Below the pieces are notes generated by a model. That model worked only from the letters and a program-made list of their open reading frames with translations, made no database searches and was not told the origin of the DNA. Of a DNA stretch of 64,000 nt, positions 1-8,834 are shown piece after piece (within the stretch, counting starts at the first letter, position 1; every line of letters begins with the position of its first letter). The position numbers were made by a program, and so were the translations under genes. The stretch covers positions 3,330,252 to 3,394,251 of the forward strand of contig CAWEES010000002.1 of the NCBI GenBank assembly GCA_963808245.1, read 5' to 3'. Source of the stretch: an uncultured Bacteroidota bacterium (GTDB lineage Bacteria > Bacteroidota > Ignavibacteria > Kryptoniales > JAKASW01).

Positions 1-1
1 C

Positions 2-604
2 AGTCTTCCGGTGCAGGCAACAGACTTCCTTGCGACAGCGGATGTCGGGTCTGTAACATTATCATGGAAGACTCAATCCGAGGTGAACGATGCCGGATTT
101 AACATCCTTCGGGAAGATCCCGGCACATCTTCGTTCAAGCTGATTTCAAGTTATACGAATGATGATAGTTTGAAGGGTCTCGGCACAAGCAGTACGGGAA
201 GAAGCTATGATTTCACTGACAACAAAGTAATCTCGGGAGCGACTTACCAATACAAGATCCAGAGCGTTTCGGCAAATGGAATTACGAAAGACTTATCCAC
301 ACTTTCCGTTACAGTGGATGTCCCGAAGGCGTATGCACTCTACCAGAACTACCCTAATCCTTTCAACCCAAGTACCACGATAAGATTTGATTTAAAGGAG
401 CAATCGAACGTTATGCTGGATATATACAATGTACTTGGTCAGAGAGTAATTGAGGACAACTATGGAGCGATGAACGCGGGAAGGTTCAACGAAACCGTAA
501 ACATGGACAGGTTTGCCAGCGGAGTGTATTTCTACAGGATCGCTGTCGTCGGCAACGATGGCGAGAAGTTCGTATCGATAAAGAAATTAGTATTAATGAA
601 ATAA
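2..604 (+). CDS. Secreted T9SS-cargo protein, C-terminal fragment (5' part outside window)
   Basis: The frame of listed ORF 11..604 stays open back to nt 2 (SLPVQATDFLATADVGSV...), so GTG-11 is not a real start. It encodes an Ig/FN3-like module plus the type-A T9SS C-terminal sorting signature YALYQNYPNPFNPSTTIRFDL...GVYFYRI...KKLVLMK. Confidence 0.85.
   Translation, partial: SLPVQATDFLATADVGSVTLSWKTQSEVNDAGFNILREDPGTSSFKLISSYTNDDSLKGLGTSSTGRSYDFTDNKVISGATYQYKIQSVSANGITKDLSTLSVTVDVPKAYALYQNYPNPFNPSTTIRFDLKEQSNVMLDIYNVLGQRVIEDNYGAMNAGRFNETVNMDRFASGVYFYRIAVVGNDGEKFVSIKKLVLMK
2..604 (+). repeat. Shared 603-nt 3' cassette, copy A (Ig/FN3-like module + T9SS CTD)
   Basis: Codon-for-codon colinear with 3868-4470, 7970-8572, 11427-12029 and 14859-15461. 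nt 32-82 are identical to 3898-3948, and nt 468-513 are identical to 4334-4379. Confidence 0.9.
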
Positions 605-618
605 TGCATGGAGAAAAA

Positions 619-3600
619 ATGAGCAGAAATATATACCGTTTAGTCGCAGCAATATTATTTGTTCTGTTTAATGCTGCGATTTGCTTTTTACCGACGGCAC
701 AGGCACAAACATCAACACCGCCTTCCGCGGGCGACGGCTCGTCAGCCAACCCGTACCAGATCGCTTCGCTTGCTAACCTGTACTGGATAACCCAGAACTC
801 AACCTCGTGGAGTGAGCACTTCATACAGACCGCCGACATCGACGCTTCATCGGACACAAGTTGGGATTCAAACCAAGGTTTTTCGCCGATAGGAACTTCC
901 GGCACTAAGTTTACAGGCGTGTATGATGGCAACGGGCACACGATAACCGGCATTTTTATTTCAAGAAGCAGCGTAAACTATCTTGGAATGTTCGCATTTG
1001 CTGAATACCCTGACACAATAGAGAACCTGGGGCTTATTAATCTGAACATTATAGGAAGCACTTATACAGGCGGATTGGTGGGGTTTAATTACGATGGATC
1101 GACAGTCATCAATTGCTACAGCACAGGAAGCATAAGCGCCAGTTACGCCGACTACATCGGCGGGCTCGTTGGATCTAATAATGCATCCACAGTGAGCAAT
1201 AGCTACAGCACAGTTAATATCACCGGCAACTCCGCGGATGCCGACGTCGGCGGACTCGTAGGCTACAATTATGGAGTGTCAACAATAAGCAACTGTTACG
1301 CCACTGGAAGCGTGACTAATGGGGGGAGCGATGTAGGCGGACTTGTGGGGTATAACAATCCCAACGGTCTCCCGGCTGCCTTAATCAGCAACAGCTACAG
1401 CATTGGAAAGGTTACTGGAAGCAGCGACGTAGGCGGACTTGTCGGCGACAATGCCGCAACAGTAGAGGGTTGCTTTTGGAATACAGATTCTTCCGGCTCT
1501 ACAGGTATTGGCACTGGGACTACCACGGGCGCTACCGGCAAAGCAACAGCTGGGATGAAAGATCCTTCCACATTCACATCCGCCGGCTGGGACACAGCAT
1601 CCTGGTACATGGGTGACGGCGTTAACAACGGCTATCCGTACTTGAGTTGGCAATACCCGAGCGGAACACATTTGGTCACCGCGGTCGCACCTGCGACCAG
1701 CAGCGGCACATATCTGATAGCTTCGCTCGACAACCTCTATTGGGTAACACAAAATACAAGCTCCTGGGGGTCGTCTTTCAAACAGACCGCAGATATAGAC
1801 GCTTCACAAACTTCAGGCTGGGCTTCGGGAAGCGGGTTCTCTCCGATCGGACACTCCGGGACTTATTTCTCAGGCACTTACGATGGTAACGGTCATACCA
1901 TTTCAAACTTATTTATTTCCAGAAGCAGTACAAGTGCCGTCGGATTTATTGGCTACCCGAATTCAAGTGGTTCGATAACAAGATTAGGGCTTGTTAATGT
2001 GAATATCAGGGGGCAGAGCTACGTCGGCGGAGTTGTCGGTGATTGCTCCGGAACAGTAAGCGACTGCTACAGCACCGGAACCGTGAGCGGTAGCAGCAGT
2101 ATTGTCGGCGGACTCGTAGGCGGGATAGTTTCGGGATCAGCGAGCAACAGCTACAGCAGAGCAAGAGTCAGCGGCAGCAACTATGTCGGAGGACTAGTAG
2201 GCTACCTTCTCGAGGCAACGGTAAGCAACTGCTTCAGTACTGGAAGCTCAAACGGCGGTGGGCTTATAGGCTATAATGGATCATCAACGGTAAACAACAG
2301 TTTCTGGGATACACAAACTTCCGGGCAATCAAGCAGCAGCGGCGGCACAGGTGAAACCACTACGGCAATGAAAACAGAGTCCACTTTTACAAATGCCGGT
2401 TGGGATTTCACGAATACATGGGCAATCGACTCGAGCGTAAATAACGGATATCCCGGATTAGTCTGGCAGTCTCAGTATGCGCCCGCCGCACCGACGGCTG
2501 TGACAGATGCGGGTACGAATGCAGGGTTTTATTCGGCTACCCTGAACGGAACCGTGGCTCCATATAAAGGAACCACAACAGTAAAATTTATTTATGGTAC
2601 AGTTTCTGGAGATTATCCGGATACAATCACAGCTTCTCAAAGTCCTCTGAGCGGATGGGGAGCGACCTTAGTATCGGCAAGCGCTTCGGGTCTAACACCG
2701 AATCGGACATATTACTATCGTGTGATCGCATCGAGTTCATACGGCTCTACCGAGGGAAGCGAGGTCAGCTTCACAACAACATCACTTCCGACATTATCCA
2801 CCATAGTTCCCGGAACTGCACTTTCATTTAGTTCCGGATCAAGCCAGTACATATCGGTTCCTGATAATGCGTCGTTGGAGCTCACGAACAATCTCACATT
2901 TGAAGCATGGGTGTATCCAACAGGATCAGGCAACATGGCAATAATCGACAAAGGAAATTATAATTATCTGTTTGAGATAAGACCGAACAGCAATACTGGG
3001 TTAGGGCTTTACAATGCGGCGTGGGGGTGGATTTACAGCAGTGGCACAGTTCCACTTAATAAATGGTCTCATGTCGCCGTGGTTTTCCAAACTGGAACAA
3101 ACGGCGTGAAGTTTTATCTCGACGGTTCTCTGCTGAGCGAAGCCACTGCCTCGGGAGCGCTCACAACGAACACAGGAACTTTTGCTATCGGTGAACAAGC
3201 ACCGGGGAACTGCAACTGCAATTTCTTCCAGGGGGAAATGGATGAGGTCAGTGTCTGGAATGTTCCGCGAACCGAACAGCAAATTCGCGGCGACATGTAT
3301 AAGACTTTGACGGGCACAGAGACCGGACTGGTCTCTTATTGGCAGTTCAACGAAGGATCGGGAACGACCGCTAATGATTTGGTCGGCGGCAATAATGGTA
3401 CGTTGACAAACGGTCCAACCTGGGTTACCTCAGAAGCGCCGGTCGGCAAGTACGGAACTTACGATTCAACATTGTCTGCAGACAGTGTGGGGCAGTCAGG
3501 CAGTACCATCTCAACTTCCATCGCTTCCCCTATCGACAGTCTGAATTATCTTGGGCTTTATTCTTACGGTTCACCGACAGACACGGCAGTTACTACCGAG

Positions 3601-4470
3601 ACTTTTCCGTCTGGCGTGAACAAGCGGTCACCTGTGGTTTGGGGAATATTCGAAGTAGGGAATGACACAGCTAATGTAACTCTGAGCTATAGTGGACTAG
3701 GAGGAATCCAAAACCAGGGGGGGCTCAAGGTCATAGAGCGCGAAGAAGCAGACAGTCCTTGGGTGGATGTTACCTCACGATTTACGCAGAGCGTCACAAG
3801 CCATACATTTACCCGAGCCGGTGTTGATTCATTCAGCCAGTTCTCAATCGGTGCTGGTTCCGACAACTCCCTTGCTGTTCAGGCAACGGATTTTGTCGCG
3901 ACAGCGGATGTCGGGTCTGTAACATTATCATGGAAGACTCAATCCGAGATCACCAACGCAGGATTCAATATTCTCCGCGAAGAACCCGGTACCTCTTCGT
4001 TTAAACTCATCTCAAGTTACACAAGCAACGATAGCCTCCGCGGTCTCGGCACAAGCAGCACAGGCAGGAGCTATGATTTCACTGACAACAAAGTAATCTC
4101 CGGTGACACGTACACATATAAAATCCAGAGCGTCTCGACGAACGGCACAGCGAAAGACTTATCCACACTTTCTGTTACAGTGAATGTCCCGAAGGCGTAT
4201 GCCCTCTACCAGAATTATCCGAACCCGTTCAACCCTTCAACCACGATACGCTTCGATCTGAAAGAGCAATCGAACGTTACGCTGGATATATATAATGTTC
4301 TCGGACAGAGAATACTTGAAAACAATTACGGAACGATGAACGCGGGAAGGTTCAACGAAACCGTAAACATGGACAGGTTCGCGAGCGGAGTGTACTTCTA
4401 CAGGATCGCGGCGCAAGGAAATGATGGACAAAAGTTCGTGTCAATAAAAAAACTGGTGTTGATGAAGTAG
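619..4470 (+). CDS. Large secreted GLUG-repeat / LamG-lectin protein with T9SS C-terminal sorting domain
   Basis: Listed ORF is 604..4470, but GGAG at 610-613 favours ATG 619 (MSRNIYRLVAAILFVLFNAAICFLPTAQAQ, a signal peptide). It has two tandem ~300-aa modules packed with VGGLVGYN-type repeats (GLUG-like motif) and an FN3-like segment (RTYYYRVIASSSYGSTEG). These are followed by one LamG/concanavalin-A-like domain (QGEMDEVSVWNVPRTEQQI) and the shared cassette. Confidence 0.85.
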   Translation: MSRNIYRLVAAILFVLFNAAICFLPTAQAQTSTPPSAGDGSSANPYQIASLANLYWITQNSTSWSEHFIQTADIDASSDTSWDSNQGFSPIGTSGTKFTGVYDGNGHTITGIFISRSSVNYLGMFAFAEYPDTIENLGLINLNIIGSTYTGGLVGFNYDGSTVINCYSTGSISASYADYIGGLVGSNNASTVSNSYSTVNITGNSADADVGGLVGYNYGVSTISNCYATGSVTNGGSDVGGLVGYNNPNGLPAALISNSYSIGKVTGSSDVGGLVGDNAATVEGCFWNTDSSGSTGIGTGTTTGATGKATAGMKDPSTFTSAGWDTASWYMGDGVNNGYPYLSWQYPSGTHLVTAVAPATSSGTYLIASLDNLYWVTQNTSSWGSSFKQTADIDASQTSGWASGSGFSPIGHSGTYFSGTYDGNGHTISNLFISRSSTSAVGFIGYPNSSGSITRLGLVNVNIRGQSYVGGVVGDCSGTVSDCYSTGTVSGSSSIVGGLVGGIVSGSASNSYSRARVSGSNYVGGLVGYLLEATVSNCFSTGSSNGGGLIGYNGSSTVNNSFWDTQTSGQSSSSGGTGETTTAMKTESTFTNAGWDFTNTWAIDSSVNNGYPGLVWQSQYAPAAPTAVTDAGTNAGFYSATLNGTVAPYKGTTTVKFIYGTVSGDYPDTITASQSPLSGWGATLVSASASGLTPNRTYYYRVIASSSYGSTEGSEVSFTTTSLPTLSTIVPGTALSFSSGSSQYISVPDNASLELTNNLTFEAWVYPTGSGNMAIIDKGNYNYLFEIRPNSNTGLGLYNAAWGWIYSSGTVPLNKWSHVAVVFQTGTNGVKFYLDGSLLSEATASGALTTNTGTFAIGEQAPGNCNCNFFQGEMDEVSVWNVPRTEQQIRGDMYKTLTGTETGLVSYWQFNEGSGTTANDLVGGNNGTLTNGPTWVTSEAPVGKYGTYDSTLSADSVGQSGSTISTSIASPIDSLNYLGLYSYGSPTDTAVTTETFPSGVNKRSPVVWGIFEVGNDTANVTLSYSGLGGIQNQGGLKVIEREEADSPWVDVTSRFTQSVTSHTFTRAGVDSFSQFSIGAGSDNSLAVQATDFVATADVGSVTLSWKTQSEITNAGFNILREEPGTSSFKLISSYTSNDSLRGLGTSSTGRSYDFTDNKVISGDTYTYKIQSVSTNGTAKDLSTLSVTVNVPKAYALYQNYPNPFNPSTTIRFDLKEQSNVTLDIYNVLGQRILENNYGTMNAGRFNETVNMDRFASGVYFYRIAAQGNDGQKFVSIKKLVLMK
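3868..4470 (+). repeat. Shared 603-nt 3' cassette, copy B
   Basis: Begins at SLAVQATDFVATADVGSV and ends at KKLVLMK-stop. Same length as the other four copies, with 51-nt and 46-nt tracts identical to copy A. Confidence 0.9.
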
Positions 4471-4504
4471 TAATAAGAAGGTTGGAGATAAGGAGAGTCA
4501 TGCT

Positions 4505-7500
4505 ATGTTACACATGGACCAATTTGATTCGGGATCGAACCGATGTTTAGGATATTTTCTTTCAGTGATGATGGTGACGATAATGCTGTTGTTATCATGT
4601 CCAATCAAAACAAATGCGCAGAGTGCTCCGACGGTTGAAACTGAAAGCCCGACAAGCGTCGAAGCTACCATTGCGACCGCCAACGGAACCGTCTCGCCGA
4701 ACGGCAGTCGTACCACGATACATTTCGACTATGGGACCAGCACCAGCTACGGCTCCCAATCTGCGTACGATACCATGGACGCACGAAGCAATGCGCTGTA
4801 TTTCGACGGGTCTTCCTCCGACGCGATTCAAAACCATTCAACAGATTATCTGTTTGATGCTTCATTCACGATCGAGGCATGGGCAAAAAGATATCCTGAT
4901 GGAAATTCCGAAACGATCTTTTCTTCGGACGAGAACAATCATACCGATGAACTGCTGCGGTTCGGATTCAAAAGTTCATCCGCTGGCAACGTGTTCACTT
5001 TCAGTTTCTTCAATGACGACTTGAACAGCGCGGTCGGATATACAGATACCTTGTGGCATCAATGGGTCGGAGTTTACGACAGAAGCGCAAACAAAAGATA
5101 TCTTTACAGGGATGGAATTCTCGTAGCCACCGATTCGCCCACGGGTGCCTATGCTGGATTTGGAAATCTTTTTTTAGTTGGATTTAGTTTTGCGAGTGGA
5201 GACCAGGGTTATTTCAATGGAGATATTGCAGAACTCCGGCTCTGGAATACAGCCTTGAGCCAGAGCACCATTCAACAGTGGATGTATAAGGGGATTACAT
5301 CATCACATCCAAACTACGGAAGCCTGGTGGGCTACTGGAAAATGAACCAGGACACCGGAAGCTTTGCGTATGACTCCAGCGGCAAAGGAAATAATCTCGC
5401 TCTATACAATACACAGTGGATATCTCCTGATTGGATATTCGGAGTCGCTTCACTGATCAGCGGATTGTACGGCGGCACCACATATCATTACAGAATATCT
5501 GCAACAAACTCTTCAGGCACGATAACGGGAAACGACTCGACGTTCACAACTCTGCCCGGAGCGCCGTCGGAGGCCGCATCGAACTTGACCGTCACCGGCG
5601 TCGGAGAATACACAGCAACAATCCAATGGACAAACGGAAACGGCCAGGACCGGCTCGTACTACTTAAACAGGCCTCCTCCTTCGACTCCACAAATGTTCC
5701 GGTGGATGGAACCATGTATTCTGATAGTACGCTCTTCATGGGGGGCTCGAAAATCGGGAACAAATCATACGTGGTCTATGTCGGCACTTCCAACTCTGTG
5801 ACGGTTACCGGACTTCTTTCGGGAAGAACATACGTCGCTGCCGTTTATGAGTTGAACGATCTTGCGATACAACCGCAATATCAAACAGTTTCTCCCGCAG
5901 AAGGAACATGTGTTACAACGTCACAACTGATTCTTACACCCGGCGCCTCGACAGGGAGTGTGATAAATATAAACGCAACGGGCGTAACATTGAACGGAAC
6001 CGTCACCACCAACGGCGGCGAGACCGCCTTCGGCTACAATTATGGGCCAACATCTGGCTACGGCTATAAATCTTCTACAGATACCATCGATGATCATAGC
6101 AATGCACTGTTATTCAACGCCGCGGACTCCAACGAGGTCGTGGTTCCGTCGGGAATTGATCTCTCCACCATTGATATCGGTTCGTTCACGATTATAGCGT
6201 GGGCGAAGAGATATCCCAATGGAAATACCAACATGATTCTCGCCCAGGGGAGTTTTGGCAGCACCGATTACGCTCTTCAGTTCGGTTTTAGAGATTCTAC
6301 CAGCGGGAACGTCTTCACATTTGCATTTTATAACGATGACCTGAATACGCCGGCAGGTTATACAGACACACTTTGGCACTTCTGGGTGGGCGTGTATAAC
6401 GGGTCGTCCACCAATACGAGATCCATCTATCGTGATGGGGTACTCGTTGCCAGCGATACGCCGACTGGTGTATTAGGCTACGAAGACAATGGTGAACAAA
6501 TTATTATCGGCGCCAGTTCATACAGCAAATCAAGTTATTTCAACGGGGAGATTTCGCAGGTAACGATTTTGAATGCCGCTCTGAGTCAGAGTCAAATTCT
6601 TCAATGGATGTATCGCAAGGCAGCTCCATCACTCCCGTACTATAGCAACGTTCTCGGTGAATGGATACTCAACGAGGGGAGTGGAATTGCAGCAGGCGAC
6701 TCAAGTGGAAATGGCCGCGATGGGACGATAGATGGCGCCGCATGGACAACTTCGGATTGGCCCGAAACGCTCTCGATTCAAATCACGGGGTTGACAAAAG
6801 GAACACTGTACCACTACCGCAGCACGGCGACCAACTATGCTGGTACGACGAACGGCAATGACGCCACCTTCACGACTTACGCGCCGCAGTACGACACGAA
6901 GCCCGGCTATGCCCTTCATTTTGATGGCTCGTCTTCCTACGTAGATGTTATAAACTCTTTGAGCGCGTCTCAATTCAATTTCACGGGAGCATTCACCATC
7001 GAAGGCTGGTTCAAGGTCGACAGCTTCAAGACAGGGGTGAACTGGGCGGCTCTTGTGACGAAAGGGGATGGCTCATGGCGGGTGCAGCAGTACCAGGGTA
7101 CTAATAATCTTGACTTCGGCACAACAGGGCTGTCCGTTCAGGACCTTCAAGGTACTACAAATGTGAACGATGGTAAGTGGCATTTCTTTGCAGCCGTCTA
7201 TGATGGTACGACCAAATATCTGTATGTCGACGGAAGATTGGATGCGTTGGCAGCTGTCTCCGGCACGCTCTCTTCTGACACATACGATGCCGCAATAGGA
7301 TCTAATCTGCAAACAAGCGGAAGAACCTTCGGTGGCGACATCGACGAAGTGCGCATCTGGAACGTCGCCCGCACGGAACAGCAAGTAAGGGGCGACGCGT
7401 TCTCGACATTATACAACACCGCAAGCGGGCTAATAGACTACTGGCAGTTTAATGAGGGGACAGGAACCACTACAGCAGATTCAGTAAGCGGATTTAATGG

Positions 7501-8572
7501 AACGCTCGAAAACTCGCCGGCATGGGTAATGTCCGGAGCGCCGGTTGGCGGATACGGTTCCTATGATGTCTCGTCTTCCCCCGACAGCATCGGACCAACA
7601 GGCGGCAGAATCACCGTCTCTCTAACATCGCGCGCCGACAGCTTGGATTTCCTGGGACTTTATGAGTATGGCTCGGTTTCAGATTCTCTTGTCACTAACG
7701 AGACATTTCCGACAGGCGTCACCAAAAGATCGCCTGTGGTGTGGGGGATTTCCAGCGTTGGGAACGATACGGCTAATATAACATTGAGCTATAACGGAAT
7801 CACAAGTATAGAATCTCTGCCGACTCTGGACGTGATCAAGAGAGAACAAGTGGATAGCCCGTGGGTTGACGTTACGTCGAGTTTCACGCAGAATGTTTCG
7901 AATCGCACATTTACAGAAGATGGAGTACATACATTCAGCCAGTTCGCGATTGGAGCGGGAAGCGACAATTCACTTCCAGTTCAGGCGACGGATTTTGTCG
8001 CAACGACGGATATTGGATCTGTAACGCTTTCATGGAAGACTCAATCCGAGGTAAGCAATTCCGGGTTCAACGTCCTTCGTCAGGATCATGGTACGCCTTC
8101 ATTTAATCTGATCGCGAGCTACAAGAGCACCGACAGCCTTAAGGGACTCGGAACGAGCTCGACAGGACGCAGCTACGATTTCACCGACAACCATGTAGTC
8201 TCCGGTGCAACTTATCAGTACAAGATACAAAGCGTCTCGACGAACGGAATTACCAAAGACTTATCCACACTTTCCGTTACAGTCGATGTACCGAAGGCAT
8301 ACGCACTCTACCAGAACTATCCGAATCCATTCAATCCCTCGACCACGATACGGTTCGACTTGAAGGAGCCATCGAGGGTGAGTTTGGATATATATAATGT
8401 ACTTGGACAGAGAGTGATTGACGAGAACTATGGGAACATGAACTCGGGGAGATACGACGAAGCTGTAAACATGGACAGGTTTGCAAGCGGAGTGTACTTT
8501 TACAGGATCGCGGCGCAAGGAAATGATGGAGAGAAGTTTGTGTCAATAAAGAAACTGGTGTTGATGAAGTAA
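4505..8572 (+). CDS. Large secreted protein with three LamG-type lectin domains, FN3-like domains and T9SS C-terminal sorting domain
   Basis: AGGAG at 4491-4495 lies upstream, and the N-terminus is hydrophobic (VMMVTIMLLLSCPIKTNAQS). LamG signatures: IAELRLWNTALSQSTIQQW, ISQVTILNAALSQSQILQW, IDEVRIWNVARTEQQV. FN3-like signatures: TTYHYRISATNSSG, TLYHYRSTATNYAG. The shared cassette follows. The exact start codon is uncertain. Confidence 0.85.
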   Translation: MLHMDQFDSGSNRCLGYFLSVMMVTIMLLLSCPIKTNAQSAPTVETESPTSVEATIATANGTVSPNGSRTTIHFDYGTSTSYGSQSAYDTMDARSNALYFDGSSSDAIQNHSTDYLFDASFTIEAWAKRYPDGNSETIFSSDENNHTDELLRFGFKSSSAGNVFTFSFFNDDLNSAVGYTDTLWHQWVGVYDRSANKRYLYRDGILVATDSPTGAYAGFGNLFLVGFSFASGDQGYFNGDIAELRLWNTALSQSTIQQWMYKGITSSHPNYGSLVGYWKMNQDTGSFAYDSSGKGNNLALYNTQWISPDWIFGVASLISGLYGGTTYHYRISATNSSGTITGNDSTFTTLPGAPSEAASNLTVTGVGEYTATIQWTNGNGQDRLVLLKQASSFDSTNVPVDGTMYSDSTLFMGGSKIGNKSYVVYVGTSNSVTVTGLLSGRTYVAAVYELNDLAIQPQYQTVSPAEGTCVTTSQLILTPGASTGSVININATGVTLNGTVTTNGGETAFGYNYGPTSGYGYKSSTDTIDDHSNALLFNAADSNEVVVPSGIDLSTIDIGSFTIIAWAKRYPNGNTNMILAQGSFGSTDYALQFGFRDSTSGNVFTFAFYNDDLNTPAGYTDTLWHFWVGVYNGSSTNTRSIYRDGVLVASDTPTGVLGYEDNGEQIIIGASSYSKSSYFNGEISQVTILNAALSQSQILQWMYRKAAPSLPYYSNVLGEWILNEGSGIAAGDSSGNGRDGTIDGAAWTTSDWPETLSIQITGLTKGTLYHYRSTATNYAGTTNGNDATFTTYAPQYDTKPGYALHFDGSSSYVDVINSLSASQFNFTGAFTIEGWFKVDSFKTGVNWAALVTKGDGSWRVQQYQGTNNLDFGTTGLSVQDLQGTTNVNDGKWHFFAAVYDGTTKYLYVDGRLDALAAVSGTLSSDTYDAAIGSNLQTSGRTFGGDIDEVRIWNVARTEQQVRGDAFSTLYNTASGLIDYWQFNEGTGTTTADSVSGFNGTLENSPAWVMSGAPVGGYGSYDVSSSPDSIGPTGGRITVSLTSRADSLDFLGLYEYGSVSDSLVTNETFPTGVTKRSPVVWGISSVGNDTANITLSYNGITSIESLPTLDVIKREQVDSPWVDVTSSFTQNVSNRTFTEDGVHTFSQFAIGAGSDNSLPVQATDFVATTDIGSVTLSWKTQSEVSNSGFNVLRQDHGTPSFNLIASYKSTDSLKGLGTSSTGRSYDFTDNHVVSGATYQYKIQSVSTNGITKDLSTLSVTVDVPKAYALYQNYPNPFNPSTTIRFDLKEPSRVSLDIYNVLGQRVIDENYGNMNSGRYDEAVNMDRFASGVYFYRIAAQGNDGEKFVSIKKLVLMK
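7970..8572 (+). repeat. Shared 603-nt 3' cassette, copy C
   Basis: Begins at SLPVQATDFVATTDIGSV. Same 201-codon length and no indels relative to the other copies. Confidence 0.9.
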
Positions 8573-8834
8573 AAGATTAGATTCCACGCTGGTCTCCGTT
8601 AGAAAAGTCCGTTCGGAAGAACCAGACCATGGTGGGAACTTGTCGTGTATACTTGGCGTTCGGAATGTTGATGAAGGAGGAAGGAACCAAGTAGAAATTT
8701 ACGGTATTAACACTACAAATCGCGCTCTGTTTGTCTATTCTTGGATGGTAAGGGGCAAGGGTGCGCAACAAAAGTTTTCGTCTAACCCACGTTCCTCCGT
8801 AATGATTTTCTTACACATTAGAAAGGAGATGAGG

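Noticed and set aside
604-618. ATG 604 as start of the first full-length cargo gene
   Set aside because: It overlaps the preceding stop codon and has no SD. GGAG at 610-613 is positioned for ATG 619, which begins a canonical signal peptide.
8640-8834. Upstream in-frame extension of the beta-helix gene given by the ORF track
   Set aside because: It uses a non-ATG start and encodes no signal peptide. A strong AAAGGAG and a signal-like N-terminus are found at 8829/8835 instead.
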